DNA of 39,628 nt, from positions 1 to 39,628 of the forward strand of contig JAKFBU010000055.1 of assembly GCA_036676985.1 (NCBI GenBank), read 5' to 3'. Of this stretch, positions 1 through 8,849 are shown one piece after another (the stretch's first letter is position 1; every line of letters starts with the position of its first letter). The stretch is from Candidatus Sericytochromatia bacterium (GTDB lineage: Bacteria; Cyanobacteriota; Sericytochromatia; S15B-MN24; UBA4093). A program made the position numbers and the translations under genes. The notes under the pieces are model-generated. The model was not told the origin of the DNA, did not search any database, and was given only the letters and a program-made list of their open reading frames with translations.

Positions 1-48
1 GACTCCGAAGAGCCGGGTGGTCGCGACGGCGGTCTGAACGGCGGTCAT
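1..48 (-). CDS. 5' end of a gene running off the left edge (MTAVQTAVATTRLFGV...)
   Basis: Minus-strand ATG at 48 preceded by a GAGAGGA SD-like sequence; frame open to the window edge. Too short to assign a product. Confidence 0.4.
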   Translation of the reverse strand, partial: MTAVQTAVATTRLFGV

Positions 49-294
49 GGGTCCTCTCGTTTCGGGTCCCCGAGGGGGAGGCAGGCGGACGGTCGCCTCC
101 ATTATGCCCCCTCGCGCCATGCCCGGCCAGCGGCCGGCCGGATCGAGCCGAGCGCGCTCCACCGGGTTGACATAACGACCGAAACCCGCCTCTTCACTCG
201 ATCGATCGAGACATGTAACGTTCGCGCAACACGGCACGGGTACGGTGGGGTTGTAAGGCAGCCGAGACGCCACGAGCGAGGAAGGAGGATCCCC

Positions 295-726
295 TTGATC
301 GAGACCACCACCCACTTTGCAGCCCAACTACTCCTGGACAAAGGCCTCCTGAGCGCCGACCAGATCGCCTCCGCCCTGCGCCTCCACATGGAGCAGCCCA
401 CCCTGCGCCTGACCGACGCCCTCCTGATGTTCGGCTTCATCTCCTTCGCCAGCCTGCACACCGTGCTGCGCGAGGTTCACCACGACCAGCCGGTCGGGCG
501 CGTGCTCGTCGAGCTGGGCCACCTGACGCCCGAGCACTTCGAGGAGGCCCTCGCCATCCAGGAGAAGGAAGGCGGCGAGCTCGTCGACATCCTCGCCGAG
601 CGCCAGTGGTGCCCGCGCAACTTCTATACGGTCGCCATGGAGATCGCCGAGAAGCGCCACGCCAAGCGCGAGCGCTGGAACGCCTTCCTCCAGCGCGTGC
701 TTCCCGCCCCCCTGGCCGCGAACTAA
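295..726 (+). CDS. Small protein with tandem degenerate MshEN-like (GspE/PilB N-terminal type) repeats
   Basis: TTG start after AAGGAGG. Segments LLLDKGLLSADQIASALRLH/RLTDALLMFGFIS and PVGRVLVELGHLTPEHFEEALAIQ/ELVDILAE resemble the RLGxxLxxxGLxxxxxLxxxLxxQ motif. Confidence 0.65.
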   Translation: MIETTTHFAAQLLLDKGLLSADQIASALRLHMEQPTLRLTDALLMFGFISFASLHTVLREVHHDQPVGRVLVELGHLTPEHFEEALAIQEKEGGELVDILAERQWCPRNFYTVAMEIAEKRHAKRERWNAFLQRVLPAPLAAN

Positions 727-811
727 CCTATCAAGCCGACTGGATTGGGGTAAGTTGGCTAGGGCACTCGATAATCGTGCCCGTGGCCCTACGCTCCAAG
801 GAGGTCGTTCC

Positions 812-2452
812 GTGAAAGCCCGGCGTTGGGTGGCCGCTAGCCTGGCCGCCGCCTTGCTCACCTTCCAGGTCCCGGCGCTCGCCGCCGATGCTCCGCTCAA
901 GGCGATCGAGGTCCGCGTCGATCCCCGCATCGAGCTCGCCTCGACCCTGATCGCGCTCACGACCTGGGCCAAGGACAACGGGGAGCTTGCCGCCTCGGCC
1001 TATGCCGCCGAGGCCCAGACCACCTTCTCGAAGCATGCGCGCCATCCGGCCGTGGTGGGGATCAACGAGTGGCTCGGCAGCGAGCAGGGCGACATGGCCG
1101 CCCTCTTGCGCCTCTCGCTCTTGCTCACCCCCGACCTCACGGGCACGGGCGCCCTGACCATGGACCTCGCCAGCGACCTCGGCGGCACCGAGCAGTCCGA
1201 GCGCCTCTTGAGCCTCATGGGCCAGTTCGCGACCGACACCTCCTTCATGGCCTTCTTCCAGGCCCGTACCGCCTACTACGCCAAGCTCGAGGGCCAGGTC
1301 TCGGGTGCCCTCTCGCAGGCGAACCCCGCCGGACGCCTCGAGGGCTACTTCGGCACCGGCTTCGATCGCTACCAGGTCCTCCTGGCCCCCTTGGCGCCCA
1401 AGATCGGGTACTCGGCGGCGATCGCCTCCGAGCCCGGCAGCCCCACGGTGGTGGTGCGCGCCGAGGGCATGACCAAGGACAAGCTCCCCGATTTCAAGGA
1501 GTCCTCGCTGGACTTCTCCCGGGCGGTCCGCCTCGGCCTGGGTCGCGCCTTCGTCGCTCCGCTGGGCGCCAAGTTCGCGCTCGATCTCAGCCAGAGCGAG
1601 GGGCTCATGAATCCCATCCGCGAGGACATGAAGACCTACGGGGCGGGCAGCTGGCAGGAGGCCTTCGACGAGCACCTCACGCGGGCCGTGGACGCGCGCT
1701 TCTTGCAGGAGGACGGCCAGGGCAAGGAGGCGCAGATCGCCCTTCGCTCCAACGAGCGCGCGGGCTTCGCCTACATCCGCGGCATGTTCGACCAGCTGTC
1801 GGAGTACGAGTCCAACCGGACCGGTTACTCGTCCATGGAGACGTTCGTCCCGAACATCGTGGCGCGGCTCTCGTACCTCAAGGACACCGGCGCCGACCAG
1901 GACGTGGCCAAGCGCAACAGCTCCTTCCAGGGTCCCCTCAGCCGGGCCTACGACAAGCGCTACCTGGCAAGTACGGTCATCGTGCAGCCCACGCCCACCG
2001 ATCCCAAGCTCAAGGCGGCCATGGCGACCTACGTCAAGTCCGTCAAGGAGACCTTCAAGAAGCGCTATCGCAAGGACGCCGTGGTCGTGAGCCCCGAGGA
2101 GGCCGCCCGCCTCAACCCGGCCGAGACCGCGTACATCATCCTGGGCACGCCCTGGTCCAACCCGTTCCTGGCGGCTCTCATCAAGTACATCCCGTTAAAA
2201 GTCTCCAAGAACAACATCTCCCTGGGTGGCAAGCAGTTCCTCGGCAGCAACCTGCGCGTGGTGACGGCCTTCCCCAACCCCTACAACCCCAAGCTCCCCA
2301 TGCAGATCCTCACGAGCAGCGAGGACTCGGGCATCCAGGGCATCTTCACCCTGCCCGTGGGCCCCTACGACTACGCCGTGTTCCACGGAGACCAGGTCGT
2401 CTCGCGCGGCGACTACGTTTACGACCTCAAGGGAAAGTGGAGCCTTCCCTAG
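812..2452 (+). CDS. Secreted DUF4932-like protein
   Basis: GTG at 812 after AAGGAGG; Sec signal peptide ending ALA-A; the VRVDPRIEL N-terminal motif and EHLTRAV..R segment resemble DUF4932; strong GC3 codon bias. Confidence 0.7.
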   Translation: MKARRWVAASLAAALLTFQVPALAADAPLKAIEVRVDPRIELASTLIALTTWAKDNGELAASAYAAEAQTTFSKHARHPAVVGINEWLGSEQGDMAALLRLSLLLTPDLTGTGALTMDLASDLGGTEQSERLLSLMGQFATDTSFMAFFQARTAYYAKLEGQVSGALSQANPAGRLEGYFGTGFDRYQVLLAPLAPKIGYSAAIASEPGSPTVVVRAEGMTKDKLPDFKESSLDFSRAVRLGLGRAFVAPLGAKFALDLSQSEGLMNPIREDMKTYGAGSWQEAFDEHLTRAVDARFLQEDGQGKEAQIALRSNERAGFAYIRGMFDQLSEYESNRTGYSSMETFVPNIVARLSYLKDTGADQDVAKRNSSFQGPLSRAYDKRYLASTVIVQPTPTDPKLKAAMATYVKSVKETFKKRYRKDAVVVSPEEAARLNPAETAYIILGTPWSNPFLAALIKYIPLKVSKNNISLGGKQFLGSNLRVVTAFPNPYNPKLPMQILTSSEDSGIQGIFTLPVGPYDYAVFHGDQVVSRGDYVYDLKGKWSLP

Positions 2453-2483
2453 CAAGTTTTGCTTTAATCCCTCGATAATGTTC

Positions 2484-2519
2484 TTAAGCTACTTTTAAAA
2501 CTCGGCCCGAGTAGCTTAA
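2484..2519. promoter_or_regulatory. 10-bp inverted repeat TTAAGCTACT-N16-AGTAGCTTAA upstream of the GH13 gene (operator candidate)
   Basis: Perfect inverted repeat in an AT-rich intergenic segment. Confidence 0.4.
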
Positions 2520-2582
2520 AATCAATGCGGCCCCTCATTGCAGAGGGGCCTTGCCGCCCGTCTGCCTATCGAGGAAGCAAAG

Positions 2583-4136
2583 ATGCGCAAGTCGATCTGG
2601 GGTTCGGTTCTCGCCGGTGTGGTTCTGCTCTCCGGCTGCGGTCTCATGCCGCAGGGCCTCGCGGGTTCGGACCAGGGCGTAAACGCCAGCGGCAAGCGCG
2701 GCAAGGCCCAGACGCCCGATTGGGCGAAGAACGCCGTCTTCTACCAGATCTTCCCGGAGCGCTTCGCCAACGGCAACCGCGGCAACGACCCCAAGGGCGT
2801 CGAGGCATGGGGCTCCAAGCCGACCTATGACAACTTCATGGGCGGCGACCTCGAGGGCGCGACCCAGAAGCTGCCCTACCTCAAGGATCTGGGCATCACG
2901 GCCGTCTACTTCAACCCCATCTTCAAGGCCAGCAGCAACCACAAGTACAACACGGCCGACTACATGCACGTCGACCCGGCCTTCGGCGGGGACGCGGCCT
3001 TCAAGAAGTTCCTCGCCACCGCCCACAGCATGGGCATCAAGGTGATCCTCGACGGCGTGTTCAACCACACCGGCGACGACCACATCTTCTTCCAGGACTG
3101 CAAGGAGAAAGGCCAGAAGTCGCCGTACTGGAACTGGTACACCATCTACGGCTTCCCCATCGTCCACTCGCCCAAGCCCAACTACAACGCCTGGTGGGGT
3201 TTCGGCACGCTGCCCCAGTGGAAGGCCGCCACGAACCCCGAGGTCCAGAAGTACATCTACGACGTCGAGGAGTACTGGCTCAAGCAGGGCGTGGACGGCT
3301 GGCGCCTGGACGTGCCCAACGAGATCGACAACGACGACTTCTGGCGCGAGTTCCGCCGGCGCGCCAAGGCCATCAACCCGAACGCCTACATCACGGGCGA
3401 GATCTGGACCGAGGCCGATCGCTGGCTGCAGGGCGACCAGTTCGACTCGGTCATGAACTACCCCCTGCGCAACGCCATGATGGGCTTCTTCAACGGCGGT
3501 TACTCGGGTAGCCACGGCAACGTGCCGCATCTGAACGTGGACCAGTTCGAGAACTGGATCAATGGGCTGCGCAACAAGTACGACTCCGAGATCACCTACG
3601 CGCAGTTCAACATCATGAGCTCGCACGACGTGGAGCGCTTCAGCTCGATCGTCGGCGGCGACATGAACAAGCTCAAGCTGGCCGTCACCTTCCAGATGAC
3701 CTATCCCGGCGCGCCGGTGGTCTACTACGGCGACGAGATCGGCATGACCGGCGCCAAGGACCCCGACAACCGCCAGTGCTTCCCCACGGACACCTCGCGC
3801 CACAACATGGACCTGCACCGGCACTACAAGACGATGATCGGCCTGCGCAACTCGATCTCGGCCCTGCGCACGGGCACCTTCCGCGGCATCCGCAAGCACA
3901 ACGACCTGGAGCTCTTCGCCTACGTCCGCGAGGACAACAAGGGCAAGGTCGCGGTGATGCTGAACAACAGCAACGCGAACCGCGAGTGGAACCTGGACCT
4001 GGCCTCGGTCTATCCTGACGGCACGAGCCTCAAGGATCCCCTGACGGGTCAGGGCTACAAGGTCCAGGGCGGTCACGTGGCCCTCAAGATGAAGCCCAAG
4101 CAGGGCATCGTCCTGGTCCCGACCGGCTCCCGCTAG
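2583..4136 (+). CDS. GH13 alpha-glycosidase (neopullulanase/cyclomaltodextrinase-like), lipoprotein
   Basis: AVFYQIFPERFANG, GGDLEG, DGVFNH, GWRLDVPNE (nucleophile D), GEIW (acid/base E), SSHD and YYGDEIG motifs; LSGC lipobox. Confidence 0.93.
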   Translation: MRKSIWGSVLAGVVLLSGCGLMPQGLAGSDQGVNASGKRGKAQTPDWAKNAVFYQIFPERFANGNRGNDPKGVEAWGSKPTYDNFMGGDLEGATQKLPYLKDLGITAVYFNPIFKASSNHKYNTADYMHVDPAFGGDAAFKKFLATAHSMGIKVILDGVFNHTGDDHIFFQDCKEKGQKSPYWNWYTIYGFPIVHSPKPNYNAWWGFGTLPQWKAATNPEVQKYIYDVEEYWLKQGVDGWRLDVPNEIDNDDFWREFRRRAKAINPNAYITGEIWTEADRWLQGDQFDSVMNYPLRNAMMGFFNGGYSGSHGNVPHLNVDQFENWINGLRNKYDSEITYAQFNIMSSHDVERFSSIVGGDMNKLKLAVTFQMTYPGAPVVYYGDEIGMTGAKDPDNRQCFPTDTSRHNMDLHRHYKTMIGLRNSISALRTGTFRGIRKHNDLELFAYVREDNKGKVAVMLNNSNANREWNLDLASVYPDGTSLKDPLTGQGYKVQGGHVALKMKPKQGIVLVPTGSR

Positions 4137-4143
4137 ATACCGC

Positions 4144-4174
4144 AAGCCCCCTTCCCGGCGGGAAGGGGGCTTTT
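4144..4174 (+). terminator. Intrinsic terminator after the GH13 gene
   Basis: AAGCCCCCTTCCC-GGC-GGGAAGGGGGCTT stem followed by a T run. Confidence 0.8.
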
Positions 4175-4177
4175 GTC

Positions 4178-4738
4178 ATGTCCCCGAAAGGAAGCCCCTT
4201 GTCCGACACCTACATCGCTCTGCTCCGCGGCATCAACGTGGGCGGCAAGAACAAGCTGCCCATGGCCACGCTCTCCGGGATCGTTTCGGCTGCGGGGGGC
4301 ACGAACGTCCGGACCTACATCCAGAGCGGCAACGTGGTCTTCGAGTCGGGCGAGGCCGAGGGCTTCGGGGAGCGGCTGACGCGGGGCATCCTGGAGGAGA
4401 CGGGCCTGAAGGTCCCGGTCATCGTGCTCACCCGTGACGAGCTGGCGGCGGTCGTGGCGGGCAACCCGTTTCTGGCGGAGGGGGCCGAGCCGGAGGCGCT
4501 GCATGCGGTGTTCCTCGCGGAGGCGCCGGGTGACACGGGCATCCGGCAGGTGGCTCCGGAGCTGGCGCCCGACGAGCGGTTCACGGTGGTGGGGCGGACG
4601 GTCTACCTGTATTGCCCGAACGGGATCCGGGACTTCAAGGCGACGGATGCCGACCTGAAGCGGCTGATGAAGGCGTTGAACACCTGGCGCAACTGGCGCA
4701 CGACCATGAAGGTGCTGGAGCTCGCGGGCGGATGCTAA
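4178..4738 (+). CDS. DUF1697 family protein
   Basis: YIALLRGINVGGKNKLPM, TYIQSGNVVF and TxRNWRT motifs. The true start may be TTG at 4199. Confidence 0.9.
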   Translation: MSPKGSPLSDTYIALLRGINVGGKNKLPMATLSGIVSAAGGTNVRTYIQSGNVVFESGEAEGFGERLTRGILEETGLKVPVIVLTRDELAAVVAGNPFLAEGAEPEALHAVFLAEAPGDTGIRQVAPELAPDERFTVVGRTVYLYCPNGIRDFKATDADLKRLMKALNTWRNWRTTMKVLELAGGC

Positions 4739-4740
4739 CG

Positions 4741-4768
4741 GCCGGAGGGGCCTGACGGCCCCTCCGGC
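4741..4768. terminator. GC hairpin between convergent genes
   Basis: GCCGGAGGGGCC-TGAC-GGCCCCTCCGGC perfect stem. Confidence 0.6.
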
Positions 4769-4791
4769 GCTGTCTCCCTCGGCAGGGGATC

Positions 4792-4989
4792 TTACTCGTT
4801 GAGGTTGCGGTAGCCGCGATCGGCTGCCGGCGGTTCGGCGTGGGACTCGACCGCGTCCACCAGCTCCGCGCCCTCGCTATCGGGACGACTGATGATGCGC
4901 TCGGCGGTGCCCAGCTCGCCTTGCTCCTCGTCTACCTCGCGCTCGAGGTGTGCCGGATCGAATCCCTGGATCTTCCGAACGTCTGCCAT
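4792..4989 (-). CDS. Small acidic hypothetical protein (65 aa)
   Basis: ATG preceded by GAGGAGG; typical codon usage; fills the intergenic space. Confidence 0.6.
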   Translation of the reverse strand: MADVRKIQGFDPAHLEREVDEEQGELGTAERIISRPDSEGAELVDAVESHAEPPAADRGYRNLNE

Positions 4990-5120
4990 GGCGTCCCTCC
5001 TCGCATTTCACTGGGGAGGATAGCTCCGGGTGGCGGCCGGGACAACGCGAGGCGGGCTCCTATCCCTGGGGTGAAGGGCAGGCTGCACGATGCGTCATGC
5101 CCTGAAGGAACGTTCGCCCC

Positions 5121-5597
5121 CTAGAACGCGAGTTCCCAGATCTGCACCCACACCGGCCGGTCGTTGATCGTGAGCGCTTTGCGCTCCCCGGTGGGCCGAC
5201 AGCCGACCCGCTCCCAGAAGACGAAGGCCGACTCGTTGCCCTCCACGATCCCGAGCCGCACCCGCCGGAACGGCCCCGCCATGACCCACGCCAGCCACTG
5301 CTCGAAGGCCGCCCGGCCCAGGCCGCGGCCGTGGCGATCGCCCCGCACCAGCAACAGCCCCAGGTACGCCGTGGTGGACTCGGGGTAGCCGAGGACGAAG
5401 TCCAGGTGCCCGATGAGCTCGCCCCCTTCGAAGAGGCCCCACGCATGGTGCGAGTCGCCCACCCCCGGCGACTCCGTCAGAGCCTTATAGGCCTCGTCCG
5501 TGCGCAGGCCGCCGAACAAGGCATAGTAGGCCGGCACCGTCTCGTAGACCGCCTGCAAGGCAGGCGCCTCATGCGGCTTCAGCTCGCGAAACTCCAC
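5121..5597 (-). CDS. GNAT family N-acetyltransferase
   Basis: Acetyl-CoA motif HGRGLGR and NESAFVFWERVG; GTG at 5597 after GGAGGAG (the ORF extends to 5633). Confidence 0.88.
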   Translation of the reverse strand: MEFRELKPHEAPALQAVYETVPAYYALFGGLRTDEAYKALTESPGVGDSHHAWGLFEGGELIGHLDFVLGYPESTTAYLGLLLVRGDRHGRGLGRAAFEQWLAWVMAGPFRRVRLGIVEGNESAFVFWERVGCRPTGERKALTINDRPVWVQIWELAF

Positions 5598-5701
5598 CGA
5601 AATGGCCTCTCCTCCCAGAAGTTTGGACATCATGACCTATTCCCGTCCCGGGTCCCGTGCTAGACTTCCCCCGCCAACCCTATCGTCAGAAGGAGGCGCC
5701 C

Positions 5702-5842
5702 ATGAAATGCCGGAACTGCCAGGGTCGGATGCACGAGGACCGGGAGATCTGGCTCAGCGAGGCCAACGTCGTCCGCGAGGTCTGGGTCTGCCCCGCTTGC
5801 GGCGAGGTCGCGAGCTTCGAGCGCGAGATCGCGGGCTACTGA
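5702..5842 (+). CDS. 46-aa zinc-ribbon microprotein (CxxC...CxxC, YgiT-like)
   Basis: AAGGAGG SD then MKCRNCQGRM...VWVCPACGE; stop codon overlaps the convergent polX stop region. Confidence 0.7.
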   Translation: MKCRNCQGRMHEDREIWLSEANVVREVWVCPACGEVASFEREIAGY

Positions 5843-7575
5843 GCTCCCGTCAGCGCCCTCTCCCGTCGGGCTGCCAGCCGCTCCTTCAGCGCCTCGAGCT
5901 CGAGGCCGTTGAGCACGCGCTCTGCCGGCACGCCGCCCTTGCGCGCGATGCCCACGCCGTAGCGCACGTGCTGCAGGCCCGCGACCGAGTGGGCATCCGG
6001 GTTGATCGCGATCGTCACGCCGAGCTCCAGCGCCCGGCGCAGGTACCGCCAGTCGATGTCCAGGCGGTGCGGGTTCGCGTTCAGCTCGATGGCGACCCCA
6101 TGCTCGGCCGCTTCCCGGAAGATCGTCTCGAGATCAAGCTCGTACGGCTCGCGTGACAAGAGGAGCCGGCCGGTCATGTGCCCGAGGATCGTGACGTAGG
6201 GGTTCCGGATGGCCCGCACGATCCGCTCGGTCATGGCGTCCTTGTCCATGCCGAAGCGCGAGTGGATGCTCGCGATGACGAAGTCGAAGGTCTTGAGGAC
6301 CTCCGGGTCGTAGTCCACCGCCCCGTCCGACAGGATGTCCGCCTCGATGCCCTTGAGGATGCGAATCCCCGACAGCTCTTGGTTGAGCCGATCGATCTCG
6401 GCATGCTGCTCGGCGATCCGCTCGGGCGTGAGGCCCTGGGCGTAGGCCGCCGCCTGCGAGTGGTCCGAAATGCCGATGTACCGGTAACCCAGGGCCTGGG
6501 CGCCCTTGACCATCTGCTCCAGCGTGCCCGCCCCGTCCGAGAAGGTGGTGTGCACGTGGAAGATGCCCTGCAGGTCCGCCTGCGTGACGAGCTCGGGCAC
6601 CAGCCCGCTCGCGGCGAGCTCGAGCTCGCCCATGCCCTCGCGCAGCTCGGGCGGGACGTACGCCAGATCCAGGGCCTGGAAGATGGCCGCCTCGTCCGCG
6701 CACGCGAGTCGCTCCTCGCCCCGCCACAGGCCGTACTCGTTGAGCTTGAGGCCGCGGGCGAGCGCGCGTTGGCGCATGAGCGTGTTGTGCTCCTTGCTGC
6801 CCGTGAAGTGATGCAGGGTGAAGGGGTAGTCCGCGTCCGAGACCACCCGCAGGTCCACCGACAGGCCGTTCTCCAGCCGCACCGAGCTCTTGGTGGGGCC
6901 GTGCGAGACGATCTCCTGGACCTGGGGCAGGGAGACGAAGAAGGCCATGACGGCCTCGGGATCGTCGCTGGAGGCGATGAGGTCCGCGTCCTTGACCACC
7001 TCCTTGGCCCGGCGCAGGGAGCCTGCGATCGCCGAGCGCACCACCGCCGGGTGGCCCTGGAGGGCCGCCAGCAGATCCTCGGCCGCCCCGAGGGCCTCCG
7101 AGCAGAGGAACTTGCCGCGGCTCGCCTTCATGAGGGCGATGCCCGCGAGGATCTTCTCCTGGGTCTTGGCGCCGAAGCCCGCGAGGCCCGCGAGCCGGTT
7201 CTCGTTGCAGGCGTACTCGAGCTCGCCCACCGTCGTGATGCCCAGGCCCTCGTGGATGGCCTTGATCTTCTTGGGGCCGAGCCCCGGGATGCCCGTCATC
7301 TCGATGAGGCCGTCGGGGATCGCGGCCTTGAGCTCGTCGTAGGCGGTGGACTTGCCGGTGGTGACGAGCTCCGTGATGACGTCGGCGAGGCCCGGGCCGA
7401 TGCCCTTGATGGACCGCAGCGTGCCCTGGGCGACCAGATCCGCGAGGTCCGCGTCCAGGGTCTCGACGAGGCGGGCCCCGGAGGAGAAGGCCCGGATCTT
7501 GAAGGGGTTCTCGCCCTTCAGCTCCATGAGGGTGGCGATCGCTTCGAGGCGTTCGGCGATTTGCGCTTGGTTCAA
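5836..7575 (-). CDS. polX: DNA polymerase X / 3'-5' exonuclease (PolX-PHP fusion)
   Basis: GENPFKIRAF, HhH motifs, AGSLRR..KDADL and VDLRVV catalytic aspartates, HFTGSKEHN; PHP motifs HVHTTFSDG, SDHS and NPDAH. Confidence 0.95.
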   Translation of the reverse strand: MNQAQIAERLEAIATLMELKGENPFKIRAFSSGARLVETLDADLADLVAQGTLRSIKGIGPGLADVITELVTTGKSTAYDELKAAIPDGLIEMTGIPGLGPKKIKAIHEGLGITTVGELEYACNENRLAGLAGFGAKTQEKILAGIALMKASRGKFLCSEALGAAEDLLAALQGHPAVVRSAIAGSLRRAKEVVKDADLIASSDDPEAVMAFFVSLPQVQEIVSHGPTKSSVRLENGLSVDLRVVSDADYPFTLHHFTGSKEHNTLMRQRALARGLKLNEYGLWRGEERLACADEAAIFQALDLAYVPPELREGMGELELAASGLVPELVTQADLQGIFHVHTTFSDGAGTLEQMVKGAQALGYRYIGISDHSQAAAYAQGLTPERIAEQHAEIDRLNQELSGIRILKGIEADILSDGAVDYDPEVLKTFDFVIASIHSRFGMDKDAMTERIVRAIRNPYVTILGHMTGRLLLSREPYELDLETIFREAAEHGVAIELNANPHRLDIDWRYLRRALELGVTIAINPDAHSVAGLQHVRYGVGIARKGGVPAERVLNGLELEALKERLAARRERALTGAQ

Positions 7576-7638
7576 GATGGTGGCTCCAGACGGTCAGAGA
7601 GGGCAGGATCTCCAGTCTAGGCAAAGAGCCAACCCACG

Positions 7639-7680
7639 TAAAGGGCCGGGGGGAGCGGTCGTCCCGCTCCCCCCGGCCCT
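7639..7680 (-). terminator. Intrinsic terminator of the Met-rich secreted protein gene
   Basis: 17-bp stem AGGGCCGGGGGGAGCGG/CCGCTCCCCCCGGCCCT with a short T tract on the minus strand. Confidence 0.7.
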
Positions 7681-7698
7681 GTGGTGCTGGAGGCGGTC

Positions 7699-8571
7699 CT
7701 ACCGCTCCATCTGCTGCTGCGGCATGCCGGCGCCGCCGCCCTGCATGGCGTCCGCCACGTGCGCGACCTCGGTGCCGAGGCGGGTCACCAGGACGCCCGC
7801 CTGCTTGGCGGCGTCCTTGGACTTGGAGTCGATGCCGGCCATGAGCTTGCGGGCATCGTTCTTCATGCTCGTGAGGTGCTGCATCTCGGCGCTGTTGGCC
7901 TTGAGGCCGACCATGCGGGCGGACGTCTCGGCCTGCTCGAGGCTGGCCACCAGCTCGCGGGCATGCAGGTTGGCCGAGGTCCAGTCCTTGGCCGCGACGG
8001 AGGCCTGGGTCTCGGCCGCCGCCTTGGTCGCGTGACCCATGAGCTCCGTGGGGGACTTCATGGAGTGCATGGCCATGCCCCCGCCGCCGCCCGCGGGCAT
8101 GGCGGCCATGGTGTTGTAGAAGGTCACGAAGCGAGAGACCAGCTGGCCGGTGCCCTTGGTCGCGGTGGCGCGATCGCCCAGGTTGCCGCGCAGGTTGGCG
8201 GCGTCCTGGCGAATGGCCGAGAGCTGCTGGCGCATCTGGGCAGTGAGCATCTGGCCCTGGGCGGCGCCGCCCCCACCGGCCATCTGCTCCTCGATGTGGG
8301 CCACCACCAACTCGACGTTGGAGAGGTGGTTGGCGGCCATGTCGTTCATGCCGAGCGCCACCGACTCCTGGGCGTTGACGGCCTCGGCGTAGGCGTGGCC
8401 CATCTGGCCGCGGAGCGAGATCCCGCCGGGCATCATGTGGTGCATGCCGGACATCTGTTGCTTGGTTGCCGTGGTGCCGCCTCCGCCACCGCCTTGCTTG
8501 GCGAGAGCGGCCGGAGCGAGACTCACGGCCACGGCGAGGGCGATCGGCAGGATACGAGTGGCGCGCTGCAT
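7699..8571 (-). CDS. Secreted Met/His/Gly-rich helical protein with an internal duplication
   Basis: ATG at 8571 after GAAAGGA; signal peptide ending ALA-K; two repeats each beginning MGHA. Confidence 0.8.
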   Translation of the reverse strand: MQRATRILPIALAVAVSLAPAALAKQGGGGGGTTATKQQMSGMHHMMPGGISLRGQMGHAYAEAVNAQESVALGMNDMAANHLSNVELVVAHIEEQMAGGGGAAQGQMLTAQMRQQLSAIRQDAANLRGNLGDRATATKGTGQLVSRFVTFYNTMAAMPAGGGGGMAMHSMKSPTELMGHATKAAAETQASVAAKDWTSANLHARELVASLEQAETSARMVGLKANSAEMQHLTSMKNDARKLMAGIDSKSKDAAKQAGVLVTRLGTEVAHVADAMQGGGAGMPQQQMER

Positions 8572-8849
8572 CACGATCGGTTCCTTTCTCGAAACGGGAG
8601 GGAAAAAGTGTTTCAAAACTTTGCAAACGAATGATAAGGGCCACATAATTTAACAGTCAAGTTTCCGGGGCCTCCGCCCGCCATCCCCCGCGGACGGATC
8701 GGAGGGCCAGAGGGCGGCTTCCGGAGCGGGCTTGCGCGATCGCTCGCCCGGAGATCCGGTATAATGGACGGGCAATCGTCGCCATCCGCCGACGATCGGG
8801 CCGACCTCCGGATCCCCGACCCCAGATCCCCCGGAAGGATCTCCGCCGC

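Noticed and set aside
167-290. Possible c-di-GMP-I riboswitch upstream of the MshEN-like gene (GGCAGCCGAG resembles the 3' end of that motif)
   Set aside because: The GGCAAAC/GAAA-tetraloop P2 stem and the GCAAAGC junction are not present; a TTGACA at 167 also lacks a matching -10.
5836-7575. PolX as a non-canonical, catalytically dead variant
   Set aside because: All three polymerase aspartates (KDAD, VDLR) and the PHP metal ligands are present.
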